From: Candidatus Babeliales bacterium
GTDB lineage: Bacteria > Babelota > Babeliae > Babelales > JBFXEV01
NCBI GenBank assembly: GCA_050179755.1
Contig: JBFXEV010000001.1
Coordinates: forward strand, 265,994 to 329,993
DNA: 64,000 nt
Direction: 5' to 3'
How positions within the stretch are numbered: position 1 is the first letter of the stretch; the number at the start of each line of letters is the position of its first letter. A model generated the notes under the pieces. The model saw only the letters and a list, made by a program, of their open reading frames with translations, was not told where the DNA came from and made no database searches. A program made the position numbers and the translations under genes. This document shows positions 28,130 to 37,618 of this stretch, one piece after another.

Positions 28130-28921
28130 CTATTTCATTTTTTCTAAAAGTTCTTCAACTCTTGCAGGATCTTTAGTTGGTTTGTCAGCAAATAATTTGA
28201 AAGCCGCGGCATCTAATGTCTTTTCCTCGTCCTCAATGAATTTATCAACCTCATCATAAAAAGTAAGTGCATCATCTAAATTAGCGCGTTTCAAAGCCAT
28301 TGACACAAATATATCATGCACTTTTTTTACTTCAGCTTTGATTTTAGCTTTTTCAGCATCGGTCATTGCAACTTGTTGCGTTGCAGCTTGACCAGGCTGT
28401 TTACCTGTACCAACTGCAGCTCGCAATTCAGTAGCAAAAAACCTATCATCCCACGCAAGATTATGCTTATTTAAATATTCTTGAAATTTAGCCATATAAT
28501 TTTCTTGCGTCCATGTTTTTGCAATTTGTAAAATTGCTGTTTTATCAGACGCAGTGAGAGCTCTTGGCATGTCAGGCTCAACTGGCTGCTTACCTTTTGC
28601 ACCACCTTGAACTACCGCGCGCACTTCATCTACAAAAGACATATCAGTAATCTTTAGGTAACGCGTAGCTAAATATTCCATTAATTTCTTCTCGTAATTT
28701 TCTTGCGTCCATGTTTTTGCAATTTGTAAAATTGCTGCTTTATCAGACGCATTGATTGTTCTTGGCGGCGTTGCCTCTTTACTTGGAACTGCACCTACTG
28801 GCTTAGCTGCCGATGTAGGTTTTGCAGTCGGTTCAGTTCTTTTCATGCGACCTAACGCTTGAATTTGCATAGTTCCTGCTATTGAAAACAGTGCAACTAT
28901 TACTACTAAAATTTTCTTCAT
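28130..28921 (-). CDS. Secreted protein (LGRMK family) with internal duplicated module
   Basis: Signal IQA|LGRMKR; two ASDKxAILQIAKTWTQENY modules. Confidence 0.78.
   Translation of the reverse strand: MKKILVVIVALFSIAGTMQIQALGRMKRTEPTAKPTSAAKPVGAVPSKEATPPRTINASDKAAILQIAKTWTQENYEKKLMEYLATRYLKITDMSFVDEVRAVVQGGAKGKQPVEPDMPRALTASDKTAILQIAKTWTQENYMAKFQEYLNKHNLAWDDRFFATELRAAVGTGKQPGQAATQQVAMTDAEKAKIKAEVKKVHDIFVSMALKRANLDDALTFYDEVDKFIEDEEKTLDAAAFKLFADKPTKDPARVEELLEKMK
28497..28751. repeat. 57-bp direct repeat (56/57 identical)
   Basis: 28497-28553 versus 28695-28751. Confidence 0.9.
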
Positions 28922-28939
28922 GTTTTCTCCTTTATTTAT

Positions 28940-28972
28940 AAAAAAGGCATGATGTAAATTGCATCATGCCTT
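28940..28972 (-). terminator. Rho-independent terminator
   Basis: aaggcatgatg / catcatgcctt with A run on the left (U tail on the minus strand). Confidence 0.7.
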
Positions 28973-29011
28973 GTATTTAATAATCAAAAATCAAATTTTG
29001 ATATTCTAAAA

Positions 29012-29188
29012 TTACTTACCACGGCAAGATGAACATTTGCCATTCTTACACATTTTATCTTTGCAAGCCTTATCGTTTTCTTCCCATGATTTATCTTCAT
29101 TCAAAGATTTATCATTACGACCTTGCTCATTAACTTTTTCGTTTTCAAGCTCTTCTGTATAATAGTTTTTATTATTTTTGTTTTCCAT
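29012..29188 (-). CDS. Small hydrophilic protein with C-terminal four-Cys cluster
   Basis: MENKNN start after AAGGA; ends CKDKMCKNGKCSSCRGK. Confidence 0.6.
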   Translation of the reverse strand: MENKNNKNYYTEELENEKVNEQGRNDKSLNEDKSWEENDKACKDKMCKNGKCSSCRGK

Positions 29189-29269
29189 GGCAGGCATTTC
29201 CTTTTTATTTCTAAATTTTTTTAAACATAGGGCTTGATACCAAAGCATCAAGCCCCATATAGTCAAAAA

Positions 29270-29473
29270 CTATTTCTTTTTAGAACGCTCATTGTTTTCA
29301 GGGCGATTCTTTTTCAGTTCTTCATGACGGCCTTTTGGCTCTTCTTTGCGCACTGATTCTTCACCGTGTGCAGCTTTTTCATGAGGGCGCTGACCGCGCT
29401 CATTGCCTTTACCAACATGTGAACCGTGAGTTTTTTCCACTTCTGGATTATGTTTGTTATTTTTATTCATCAC
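29270..29473 (-). CDS. Small highly charged hydrophilin-like protein
   Basis: AAGGAG RBS; rich in K/E/N/H/R/G with almost no hydrophobic residues. Confidence 0.65.
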   Translation of the reverse strand: MMNKNNKHNPEVEKTHGSHVGKGNERGQRPHEKAAHGEESVRKEEPKGRHEELKKNRPENNERSKKK

Positions 29474-29622
29474 CTTCTCCTTTGGTTTAAGATTGTAATA
29501 ACAACAATAGGATAAACCTATCTAGCACCATTCTACCAGAATAAAGTGTATTTTTTCAATAGTTTATTAATAAATACTTGCAATTATTTATATAGAGAAC
29601 TGGCTCCAGGAGGGGACTTTGC

Positions 29623-30180
29623 TTATGAACGTTTTATAACAGATTCAATAGTAGATATACCTGTAGGATAAGGGCTTTTTGCCCATATAATGCTCAGCTG
29701 ACCGTTTTGCTCCATAAAAGCATAGTCAACTTCGCCGGTGTATGAAATTCCCTGTAACCGCAAGAGCGCAAGCAGTTCCGCACGCGTAATATTTGCGTTA
29801 TCAAGATTCCCTGCAATAATCTGGCCTTGTTGTATTAACGGCACCGTTTTATCTGCTACCAGCGATTCTACACGTTCACTTTTTTTGCCAAGATATGCCA
29901 CCAATCGCGCCGAAAGAAGTGTAGAGCAGAGTGCCACAAACGATTGCAATAATGGCACCGAATGATAAAAAGCAGTATCACCAATAATAGTACCAAGCAC
30001 CAACATAGCAATAAGTTCTGTAGAGGTAAATTCAACAATATTTTTGCGATAAAAAAAATGAAACACTAACAATGTACACGTAAAAATTAAACCAACACGC
30101 ATTACTGTTTCTAGCACAAAATGCCAGCTTGCAATGTCTCCCAAAAATATACGTGATATATCAATATGCGGTGCTTCCAT
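29623..30180 (-). CDS. DUF421 (YetF/YcaP) membrane protein
   Basis: Three N-terminal TMs, LIQQGQII..NL...ITRAELLALLRLQGI, AFMEQNGQLSII. Confidence 0.85.
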   Translation of the reverse strand: MEAPHIDISRIFLGDIASWHFVLETVMRVGLIFTCTLLVFHFFYRKNIVEFTSTELIAMLVLGTIIGDTAFYHSVPLLQSFVALCSTLLSARLVAYLGKKSERVESLVADKTVPLIQQGQIIAGNLDNANITRAELLALLRLQGISYTGEVDYAFMEQNGQLSIIWAKSPYPTGISTIESVIKRS

Positions 30181-30190
30181 CTTAATTTCC

Positions 30191-30922
30191 TTATTTTAAT
30201 GCCACTATAGTCATCTGCCTAAATGGCGAACCTTTGCTTTTACGATATGAACAAAAACCATCGCTACAGAGCGTACACACATTATAGCTTAAGTGAAATG
30301 CATCCTTTCTAACACCCAGTTCTTCAAGGATTATACGGTTTAAAAGCGGCACATCAAACATAATGCCTTCTTGCTCCTGATGCAAAACTTGTTCATGGCC
30401 TGCAAAACTTTCAAGAGCCTCAAGCACTTCTTGCCCTACCTTATAACAACATGCTTTTGCGGATGGCCCAAAAAAAACCATAAGATCTTCTGGCCGCGTG
30501 CCATATACTGCTTGCATGCGTTTGACTGCTTCTCGAGCAACCCCTTTTACCGTACCGCGCCAACCTGCGTGCACAATGCCAACGGCATGATGCACTTTAT
30601 CAAAAAGTATTATAGAAAGACAATCGGCAGTAGCTATTGCAAGGCCAATACTTATTACGTTACTTACCATATAATCGCTATCAATAGAAAATGGTGCAAG
30701 TTCTTGCGCTTGTTCTTTGCTGTTAATGGCAATGCCATCACTGCCATGCACTTGATGCACAAACAGCAACTGATCTAAATGCATCATTTTTTGCATAGCG
30801 CCAAAAGGCTCGCTAATTAACAATGTTTTATTCATTTTCATGCCATAAAGCTCGCGCGGGTTAAATTGCGTGCGTTCATCACCAAAATAAATCGTAAACA
30901 AGGGACTATGGTGAACTAACAT
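30191..30922 (-). CDS. pgeF: PgeF/YfiH family (laccase-domain purine nucleoside enzyme)
   Basis: HQVHG, TADCL, VHAGWRGT, GPSAKACCYKVG, CTLC..FCSYR. Confidence 0.9.
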   Translation of the reverse strand: MLVHHSPLFTIYFGDERTQFNPRELYGMKMNKTLLISEPFGAMQKMMHLDQLLFVHQVHGSDGIAINSKEQAQELAPFSIDSDYMVSNVISIGLAIATADCLSIILFDKVHHAVGIVHAGWRGTVKGVAREAVKRMQAVYGTRPEDLMVFFGPSAKACCYKVGQEVLEALESFAGHEQVLHQEQEGIMFDVPLLNRIILEELGVRKDAFHLSYNVCTLCSDGFCSYRKSKGSPFRQMTIVALK

Positions 30923-30939
30923 ACATCCTCCAAGGTAGT

Positions 30940-32586
30940 TTATGGTTTTTCTGTATACAGTGTACCCGTATCAAACAAAAATCGATATTCATTCTCAATC
31001 TTGCCACGCCAACGATATCTAAAATGTTCGTTGTGATTTGCGTCTAACTTTTTTGCACATGTTCGAGTAATTTGATACGCACATTTTCCTTCTCGATCTT
31101 TCAAAAGTAATAGCTTTTGTAACCATGCCATATGTTGCTCGGTGTGTTCTTGGATTAATTTTTCTTTATCAAGAATTGCACCAAAAGAACCTGGAGTAAG
31201 TTCAATTCGCTCAGTTAACTTACGCTGCACTTCAAACGGCACAGTACGCACAACATCACTTACTGGCATGCAACCAATCATTTTTCCCCAAGGCATGTGA
31301 TAAAGCATATCACCAAATACGTACGCCATAATATAAATACGTACGTCAATCGGCAAGTTTTTGCAATATCTTTTAAGCGCACACAAACTCACAAATAATG
31401 CTTGCTGTGCCATTGCTACATTCTCTCGGTTTGAGCGCACTACACGAGGATATACAAGCATTGCTTTTAGTAATGTCCTTAATTTATCTTCTCTTGGGGC
31501 GTTATGCGGCAGATCTTTGCTTGCGAGCTCATAAATTACGGTGCGCCCTCTGTTATCTTGTATATCGCACTCAGCACCACCAGCCAGCAGCACATGCATT
31601 TTTTCTGCGCTATCAGCAAACCATAGTGCTGTGCGGCCTAGGTAATCCTGCCAGTTTACATCAACACCTAATGAACAAAGATATTCACTCATAGCAGGTG
31701 GCGCTATTTGCAACCCTAGATGAAAAGGAAAACTCTTATGATAATCAAGCCATATGTCTGCAACAACTTCTCTTTCTTTATCAAGTAAGATTTTAACGGC
31801 TTGACCAAAAGATAAAGCTTTTCTTTGCTCTTGTTGCATCAGTAACCGACGCCGCTCAATAAGCTGAATCAATGCATCTTTATTGCCAAGTTCAATGGCT
31901 TGAAAGAGTGCTTGATTTGTCACAGAAGCCCCTTGCTCTAATAAAAATGCAACTTTTGCTGGTCGTCTTCTTATTGCATATTCAAGCGGCGTTTCCTTTG
32001 TACCGTCAATCCAATCTGCTTCATCAATATCCGCACCGTATTTTAGCGCACATGCAATTTGTTGCTGTGTGCCTTTTTTTAACGTAATGTGAAATACTCG
32101 ATCAAATATCTGGCTGTCATGTGCTGCAATATGCGTTGCAAGTATGAGATCACGTATTTCATCACTATTGTTATAATTAAACGCAATCTCTACATCATCT
32201 GTTTTTGGCACGCAACCACTATTAAGCAGTGCTTTGCATGCATCCGCTTTCCCGTGTTGTAAGGCAGACCCTAATGGTTTATCTATTGGAAGATCATAAG
32301 TCCGTCTCCTTAGGTGCCTCTCCGGATCAACGCCTAAGCCAATAAGGTCTGTTATTTTTTGACCATCATCTTGTTGTATTGCCTGCTCAAGTTCTTTGTA
32401 TAATTGGTTGCTCTTCCACCAAAACCATAGAGGAGTGGTTATGTTGGTGCGCATCCATACCTTCACACCACCATCACAACAATATTTTTTATCTCGTTTT
32501 GTAACAACCTGATTCTTGGTATTCATGGCTAACGTTAATTGCCCGATACAGAGAAACATCATGATTGCTGCATAAAGTGATCGCAT
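30940..32586 (-). CDS. Secreted ankyrin-repeat protein with F-box-like motif
   Basis: Signal TLA|MN, ankyrin repeats (ETPLEYAI, GRTALWFA), KNLPIDVRIYIMAYV after the repeats. Confidence 0.8.
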   Translation of the reverse strand: MRSLYAAIMMFLCIGQLTLAMNTKNQVVTKRDKKYCCDGGVKVWMRTNITTPLWFWWKSNQLYKELEQAIQQDDGQKITDLIGLGVDPERHLRRRTYDLPIDKPLGSALQHGKADACKALLNSGCVPKTDDVEIAFNYNNSDEIRDLILATHIAAHDSQIFDRVFHITLKKGTQQQIACALKYGADIDEADWIDGTKETPLEYAIRRRPAKVAFLLEQGASVTNQALFQAIELGNKDALIQLIERRRLLMQQEQRKALSFGQAVKILLDKEREVVADIWLDYHKSFPFHLGLQIAPPAMSEYLCSLGVDVNWQDYLGRTALWFADSAEKMHVLLAGGAECDIQDNRGRTVIYELASKDLPHNAPREDKLRTLLKAMLVYPRVVRSNRENVAMAQQALFVSLCALKRYCKNLPIDVRIYIMAYVFGDMLYHMPWGKMIGCMPVSDVVRTVPFEVQRKLTERIELTPGSFGAILDKEKLIQEHTEQHMAWLQKLLLLKDREGKCAYQITRTCAKKLDANHNEHFRYRWRGKIENEYRFLFDTGTLYTEKP

Positions 32587-32687
32587 AAAGCCCTTTGTTA
32601 TAACATACTATTGCGCACTCAATCACGCTTTTGATAATCTAAAAGTAACAAACTATGCATAATAAAGATAGCATGCGAAAGAAACCC

Positions 32688-33131
32688 ATGAGAAAATTAA
32701 TTCTTATTTTATTGCTTGTGTCCCCTTTGCATGGTGTACCCATTGCTCAATCGCCATTTATACAAGCAGTATATGAAGGCAATAAGCCTCAAATTGAGTT
32801 TCTACTTAAAACCGGCAGCAAAGCCGATGAGATAGATCCTCGCACGGGCAAAACTGCCTTAATGATCGCCGCCGAAACAGGGCACGTTGATGTGGTTGAG
32901 CTTCTTCTTGCCAATAGAGCCCTCATTAATGCAACTCATCCTATCACAGGTGAATCAGCTTTAACGCTTGCAGTGCGCAAAGGTCATGGTGACGTGGTGG
33001 CAATGCTTCTTGCAAAAGGTGCTAATATAAAATTAACATTAAAAAATAGCCGTGATACAGCTTATGACATTGCCTTTAAAGAAGGGTATCGTGATATTCT
33101 GAATATGCTTGAAAAGCCTGACCGGCAATAG
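32688..33131 (+). CDS. Short secreted ankyrin-repeat protein
   Basis: MRKLILILLLV signal (start re-assigned), GKTALMIAA, GESALTLAV. Confidence 0.88.
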   Translation: MRKLILILLLVSPLHGVPIAQSPFIQAVYEGNKPQIEFLLKTGSKADEIDPRTGKTALMIAAETGHVDVVELLLANRALINATHPITGESALTLAVRKGHGDVVAMLLAKGANIKLTLKNSRDTAYDIAFKEGYRDILNMLEKPDRQ

Positions 33132-33263
33132 GCTCCCCTCTTAATCTTTTCAGCCTGAAATAAAACCATTGTTTTACCTATCTTCCTTTTGGTATCCTAA
33201 AAGTAGGTAATGTACCTATGAATTAAGTAATTTACTGCTTTTAGCAAGAAAGATTAAAAAACC

Positions 33264-33710
33264 ATGAAAAAAGCTTTACTATTCACTCTCGCAGTATTAA
33301 CTCTCTACTCCCCATGGCTTAAAGCAGCAAAAGATGAATTTACTATAATTGATGCTGCGGCTGATGGAAACATGGAGCTTCTGAAAGAGTTAGTACGCAG
33401 TGGTAGCAAAGCCAATCAAATGGATCTAGAAACAGGAGAAACTGCTTTAATGGCAGCAGCACAAGAAGGGCAAACTGCAGCAGTAATCTTTTTGCTTGAA
33501 AAAGGCGCCGATCCTAATAAAATCATGTATGAAAATGGCGAAACTGCACTCATGATAGCAGCACGCGAAGGCCACACCGATATTGTGCGGCATTTACTCA
33601 GAAAAGGCGCCAAACGCCATATAAAAAATAATGAAGGCCAAACAGCGCTTAATATTGCAAACAGCGCTGATCACAAAGACATTGTAAATCTTATAGCAGA
33701 AGATCAATAA
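33264..33710 (+). CDS. Short secreted ankyrin-repeat protein
   Basis: Signal peptide, GETALMAAA, GETALMIAA, GQTALNIA. Confidence 0.9.
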   Translation: MKKALLFTLAVLTLYSPWLKAAKDEFTIIDAAADGNMELLKELVRSGSKANQMDLETGETALMAAAQEGQTAAVIFLLEKGADPNKIMYENGETALMIAAREGHTDIVRHLLRKGAKRHIKNNEGQTALNIANSADHKDIVNLIAEDQ

Positions 33711-33877
33711 TTAAAAATATATTTGTATTTTAATTAGCTCATAAAAAGCTTATAATTGTCGTCTTTACGTGGCATGATACCCTCAAAACAATGATCTAAT
33801 CATACTCATATTAATGTACAAACATGTTTTTCCTTGGTATAACAAGACAGAATATATTTTACACCAAGGAATGTTCT

Positions 33878-34045
33878 ATGCATCAAAAAAATCTATTCTT
33901 ATGTTTACTTTTTCTGTGCTTCTATTATTCATCAATCACGCTTTGCAAGGATCCTTATAAACAATCTTCTCAATATACTTTTGGCAAATTAGATATAGAA
34001 AATGATTATAAAGTTCCATCCAGCTTATACTGGATAAATCAGTAA
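33878..34045 (+). CDS. Small hypothetical signal-peptide ORF, possibly truncated
   Basis: AAGGA RBS, hydrophobic N-terminus, only 55 aa. Confidence 0.35.
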   Translation: MHQKNLFLCLLFLCFYYSSITLCKDPYKQSSQYTFGKLDIENDYKVPSSLYWINQ

Positions 34046-34090
34046 AAGAACAAAAGCCCACTGAGTGAACTTTCGTATCAAAAAATTTAA

Positions 34091-35686
34091 TTAAGCCACA
34101 CCCAATGCAGAAACGCACGGCTGCATACCAAGTAATTCATATACCTCTTGCCCAGACATCGTCTCTTTTTCAAGCAATGCTTGTGCAAGCGTATCAAGCA
34201 TAGTTTTATTTTTCGTTAAGAGTTCAGTAGCGCGTTGTAACCCTTGCTCAAGAATAGATTGAATCTCTTGATCAATCAACATTCTCGTGTGTTCAGAATA
34301 AGCATTTGGATTGTTCTGCGTATTATAAATTACTGGCCCAAGTTTTTCTGACATGCCCCAATTGCATACCATAAGGCGTGCCATAGCAGTAGCTTGCGCA
34401 AAATCACTTTCAGCTCCCGCACCAATCATGCCACATGCAAGCGATTCTGCTGCTCTGCCGCCCATGCACATTGCAATAGAGGCAAGACACATCTCTTTAC
34501 TTTGGGAATACTTTTCACGATCTGGTATATGATAGGTAACACCAAGCGCAGGCCCGTGTGGAGCAATAGTCACTTTATACAGCGGATCAATATGCTCATG
34601 CGGCATTAACATACCCACTAAAGCATGCCCTGCTTCATGATACGCGGTTAATTTAAGTTCTTCTTTTGAAGGGAAAATTGTTTTTGATCGTTGGCCAATA
34701 ATAATACGATCACGCGCAGTATCAAGATCTGCCATAGTAACCGCAAGTTTATCTTCTTTGGTTGCAATCATTGCAGCTTCATTAATTAAACCTGCAAGAT
34801 CTGCACCCGACCAACCAGTAGTTCCGTGTGCAATTTTAGAAAAATCCACATCAATGCTCATTTGAACTTTGGCTGCATGAATTTTTAATATCTGTTCTCT
34901 GCTTTTAACATCTGGATATGGCACGTGCACTACTTTGTCAAACCTACCCGGGCGTAATAATGCCTTATCTAAGATATCTGCTCTATTGGTTGCGCCGATA
35001 ACAATAACGCTATTCTCTTTAGTGGAAAAGCCATCCATTTCAGTAAGCAATTGATTAAGCGTTTGTTCACTCTCGCCAGAACTGAAAGGACTATTTGTGC
35101 GAGCTTGGCCCAAAGCATCAAACTCATCAATAAAAATAATGCAAGGAGCATATTGACGAGCTTTTGCAAAAAGAGCGCGAATACGGGCAGCGCCTAAACC
35201 AATATAAACTTCTTCAAAGGCAGAACCACTTATAGCAAAAAACGGAACGCCTGCCTCACCCGCTATTGCTTTTGCAAGAAGCGTTTTACCGTTTCCTGGA
35301 TTACCTTCAAGTAATATGCCGCGATTCATGTGAGCGCCAAGCCTTTTATATTTTTCAGGTTCTTTTAAGAAATTAACGATATCTTGTAATTCATCTTTTG
35401 CTTCATGTGCCCCTGCAACATCTCTAAAAGTAATATTAGGTGAAATGTGCTCAACAATTTCAGCACCTTTTTTTGTTGCGTTCATCTGCTTATCTATCGA
35501 CAATTTTTGAAAAATAGCAGTCATCAACAGTGTGCTTGCAATTAAACACGTTGCAGGATATTTTTCTATAAAATTACCTACTTTTGCAAGTTGATCAGTA
35601 ACAGAAAATGCCTGTGTAGAAACAGGCAAAGCCGCACTTGCTATCAGCAAAGATAAGCAAAACAACGATTTAATTTTTTGTGTCAT
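34091..35686 (-). CDS. ftsH: ATP-dependent zinc metalloprotease, FtsH family (short, atypical N-terminus)
   Basis: Walker A GNPGNGKT, IIFIDE, SRH ATNRADILDKALLRPGRFD, HEAGH. Confidence 0.92.
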   Translation of the reverse strand: MTQKIKSLFCLSLLIASAALPVSTQAFSVTDQLAKVGNFIEKYPATCLIASTLLMTAIFQKLSIDKQMNATKKGAEIVEHISPNITFRDVAGAHEAKDELQDIVNFLKEPEKYKRLGAHMNRGILLEGNPGNGKTLLAKAIAGEAGVPFFAISGSAFEEVYIGLGAARIRALFAKARQYAPCIIFIDEFDALGQARTNSPFSSGESEQTLNQLLTEMDGFSTKENSVIVIGATNRADILDKALLRPGRFDKVVHVPYPDVKSREQILKIHAAKVQMSIDVDFSKIAHGTTGWSGADLAGLINEAAMIATKEDKLAVTMADLDTARDRIIIGQRSKTIFPSKEELKLTAYHEAGHALVGMLMPHEHIDPLYKVTIAPHGPALGVTYHIPDREKYSQSKEMCLASIAMCMGGRAAESLACGMIGAGAESDFAQATAMARLMVCNWGMSEKLGPVIYNTQNNPNAYSEHTRMLIDQEIQSILEQGLQRATELLTKNKTMLDTLAQALLEKETMSGQEVYELLGMQPCVSALGVA

Positions 35687-35747
35687 TAGGATTACTTCCT
35701 TATATTAATTAATTTATTTACTCGAAAATGGGTACTAAAAATATTTC

Positions 35748-36374
35748 TTACCAAGCGTGAGTAGATAAAACATCCCACTGGTAAACCCGATTAGCTATTT
35801 CGTTTACTGTGTATGCCATACCTTGCCCTCTTTGGCAAAGCGAATCCAATTTTGCTGTTAAAGGCATTAAAAGAACTTTATCTTCTGAAGAATTGCTCAT
35901 CCGTTGTTGAATATCTTCAGCCATAACTTTGAGCATTGCTAATCTATTTGAGATAAGCTCATGCAGTAGTTCCAAGCTCCAAAAATGATCTATAAATATA
36001 GCATGCAATTCTTTTAATGAGAGATCTTTTTTTTGATCCGCTATCATTTTAGTTATTAACTTACCTGATGGGCAATTGCGTATTTTCTCAAAGGAAGTTT
36101 CAACTTCCAATAAATGTAATTCAATATAGTTGCATAACTCTTTTTGCTCTAAAGACTGAGCATGCTTGCTCTCGTATTTAGTTCGATCCGCAATATCGGC
36201 AAGACCAGCTTCTTGCTTAATTTCATAGCTCTCTTCATCAAAACAAATCTCTTCTTCTAAATAGTTATCTTCTTCATTGGTTTGATCTACCGCAGCGAAT
36301 GCGAGAATTGGTGTCTTAAAACAGAAAATGCTGAGAGCTGCTAACACTAATGACTTAAAATTTGACATTAACAT
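35748..36374 (-). CDS. Hypothetical secreted acidic coiled-coil protein
   Basis: Signal-like N-terminus, helical composition. Confidence 0.68.
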   Translation of the reverse strand: MLMSNFKSLVLAALSIFCFKTPILAFAAVDQTNEEDNYLEEEICFDEESYEIKQEAGLADIADRTKYESKHAQSLEQKELCNYIELHLLEVETSFEKIRNCPSGKLITKMIADQKKDLSLKELHAIFIDHFWSLELLHELISNRLAMLKVMAEDIQQRMSNSSEDKVLLMPLTAKLDSLCQRGQGMAYTVNEIANRVYQWDVLSTHAW

Positions 36375-36441
36375 AGGTTCCCCTTGTGTAATCAGCCGCT
36401 TATATAAAAATAAGCGACTGATATTTTGTTATTAAACTATT

Positions 36442-37353
36442 TTAAGACTGTACTGTAATTTGTGCACTGCATGCACAGTTAGCGCATTCGCATGCCATTG
36501 CCTTTAAACAATCATGCCCACACGTATGCACGTGTATTTTAACCTGTCGTGTAGGGTTTTGTGCGCGATATTGAGCAACTTTCTCATTGAATTCAGCAGA
36601 TACTTGGCATTCATATCTTGCAGCATATTCGCTCACTATTGAACGCAAAGCTCTAATTTCTACTATGAAAGTTTTAACTTTTTCTCGCTCAGATGCAAAA
36701 TTTGATCTTATCTCATTTTGAGTAATTTCTAATCGACGATTAATATGTGATAAAGCATTTTGAAGCGCAGCTTCTGCTTTGCTTAAATTATACCAATAGT
36801 TTTGCTGTGCAGCAGCACAGAGAAAAGTTAATTCGTTAATAAGTTCTTCACGCACTTCATCTAAAAGTACGTTATGTGTAAGAATACGATTAATTTGAGC
36901 AATACGAGGACCGTCAACTTCATTGACCAATGTTTGAGCCTCTATAACATCAGCGTTAATAAGCTTAAGTAAATCTTCAAAGCTTAATGCATCAATTTGT
37001 GCTTGTGCTTGCGCACGTTCTTTTTCTAGTGCAGCAAAATGGTTATTCAGTTTACGTTGCTGATAGGCATTATCTAATTTGTCTATAATAGCTACAACAG
37101 CGACTACACCAAGCATACCCCCCACTGCAGTGAAATAGCCTGCCGCGAACTGATCTTTTTTTAATGCAGCAACTGCGTTATTCGCTTTTGAATGCACAAA
37201 CGTTACCGATGCCTGAGCCACCTTTTTTGCAGCATCTGCGTATGCAGTTACCGAAAAAGCGTGTACTGATGATTGAGCCATCAATGCTGCAAATATTACA
37301 GCATGAAATGCTTTAGATGTGAAATGCTTAGATTTAAGCATGTGGACCCCCAT
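36442..37353 (-). CDS. Hypothetical secreted TM plus coiled-coil protein with Cys/His-rich tail
   Basis: Signal VHA|FSV, TM AVGGMLGVVAVVAII, tail HVHTCGHDC...CECANCAC. Confidence 0.72.
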   Translation of the reverse strand: MGVHMLKSKHFTSKAFHAVIFAALMAQSSVHAFSVTAYADAAKKVAQASVTFVHSKANNAVAALKKDQFAAGYFTAVGGMLGVVAVVAIIDKLDNAYQQRKLNNHFAALEKERAQAQAQIDALSFEDLLKLINADVIEAQTLVNEVDGPRIAQINRILTHNVLLDEVREELINELTFLCAAAQQNYWYNLSKAEAALQNALSHINRRLEITQNEIRSNFASEREKVKTFIVEIRALRSIVSEYAARYECQVSAEFNEKVAQYRAQNPTRQVKIHVHTCGHDCLKAMACECANCACSAQITVQS

Positions 37354-37618
37354 AATAATAATTAAAATAGAATATAACCTTGTTCTTACTGTATCTCTTT
37401 TTGTAAAAAAAGCAATTAGATTCTCTCTAAGAAATATGCGTAAAATACAGGTCTATTAGAAACTAGTCAGCCCTATGCTACACCTCTAAAAAACTCTAAG
37501 TATGCCAAATTGTTACAAATAGAAAAAATGCTTGTTTTTAGAGGCTACATTCTGCTACTCTAAGAGTAGAGAGGCGGCGTCAAAAAACTCAATAACTTAA
37601 CCCTTTTAAGGATGTACC

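Noticed and set aside
28497..28751. 57-bp repeat pair as a diversity-generating retroelement TR/VR
   Set aside because: Only one mismatch, both copies lie in-frame in the same gene, and no reverse transcriptase is in the window.
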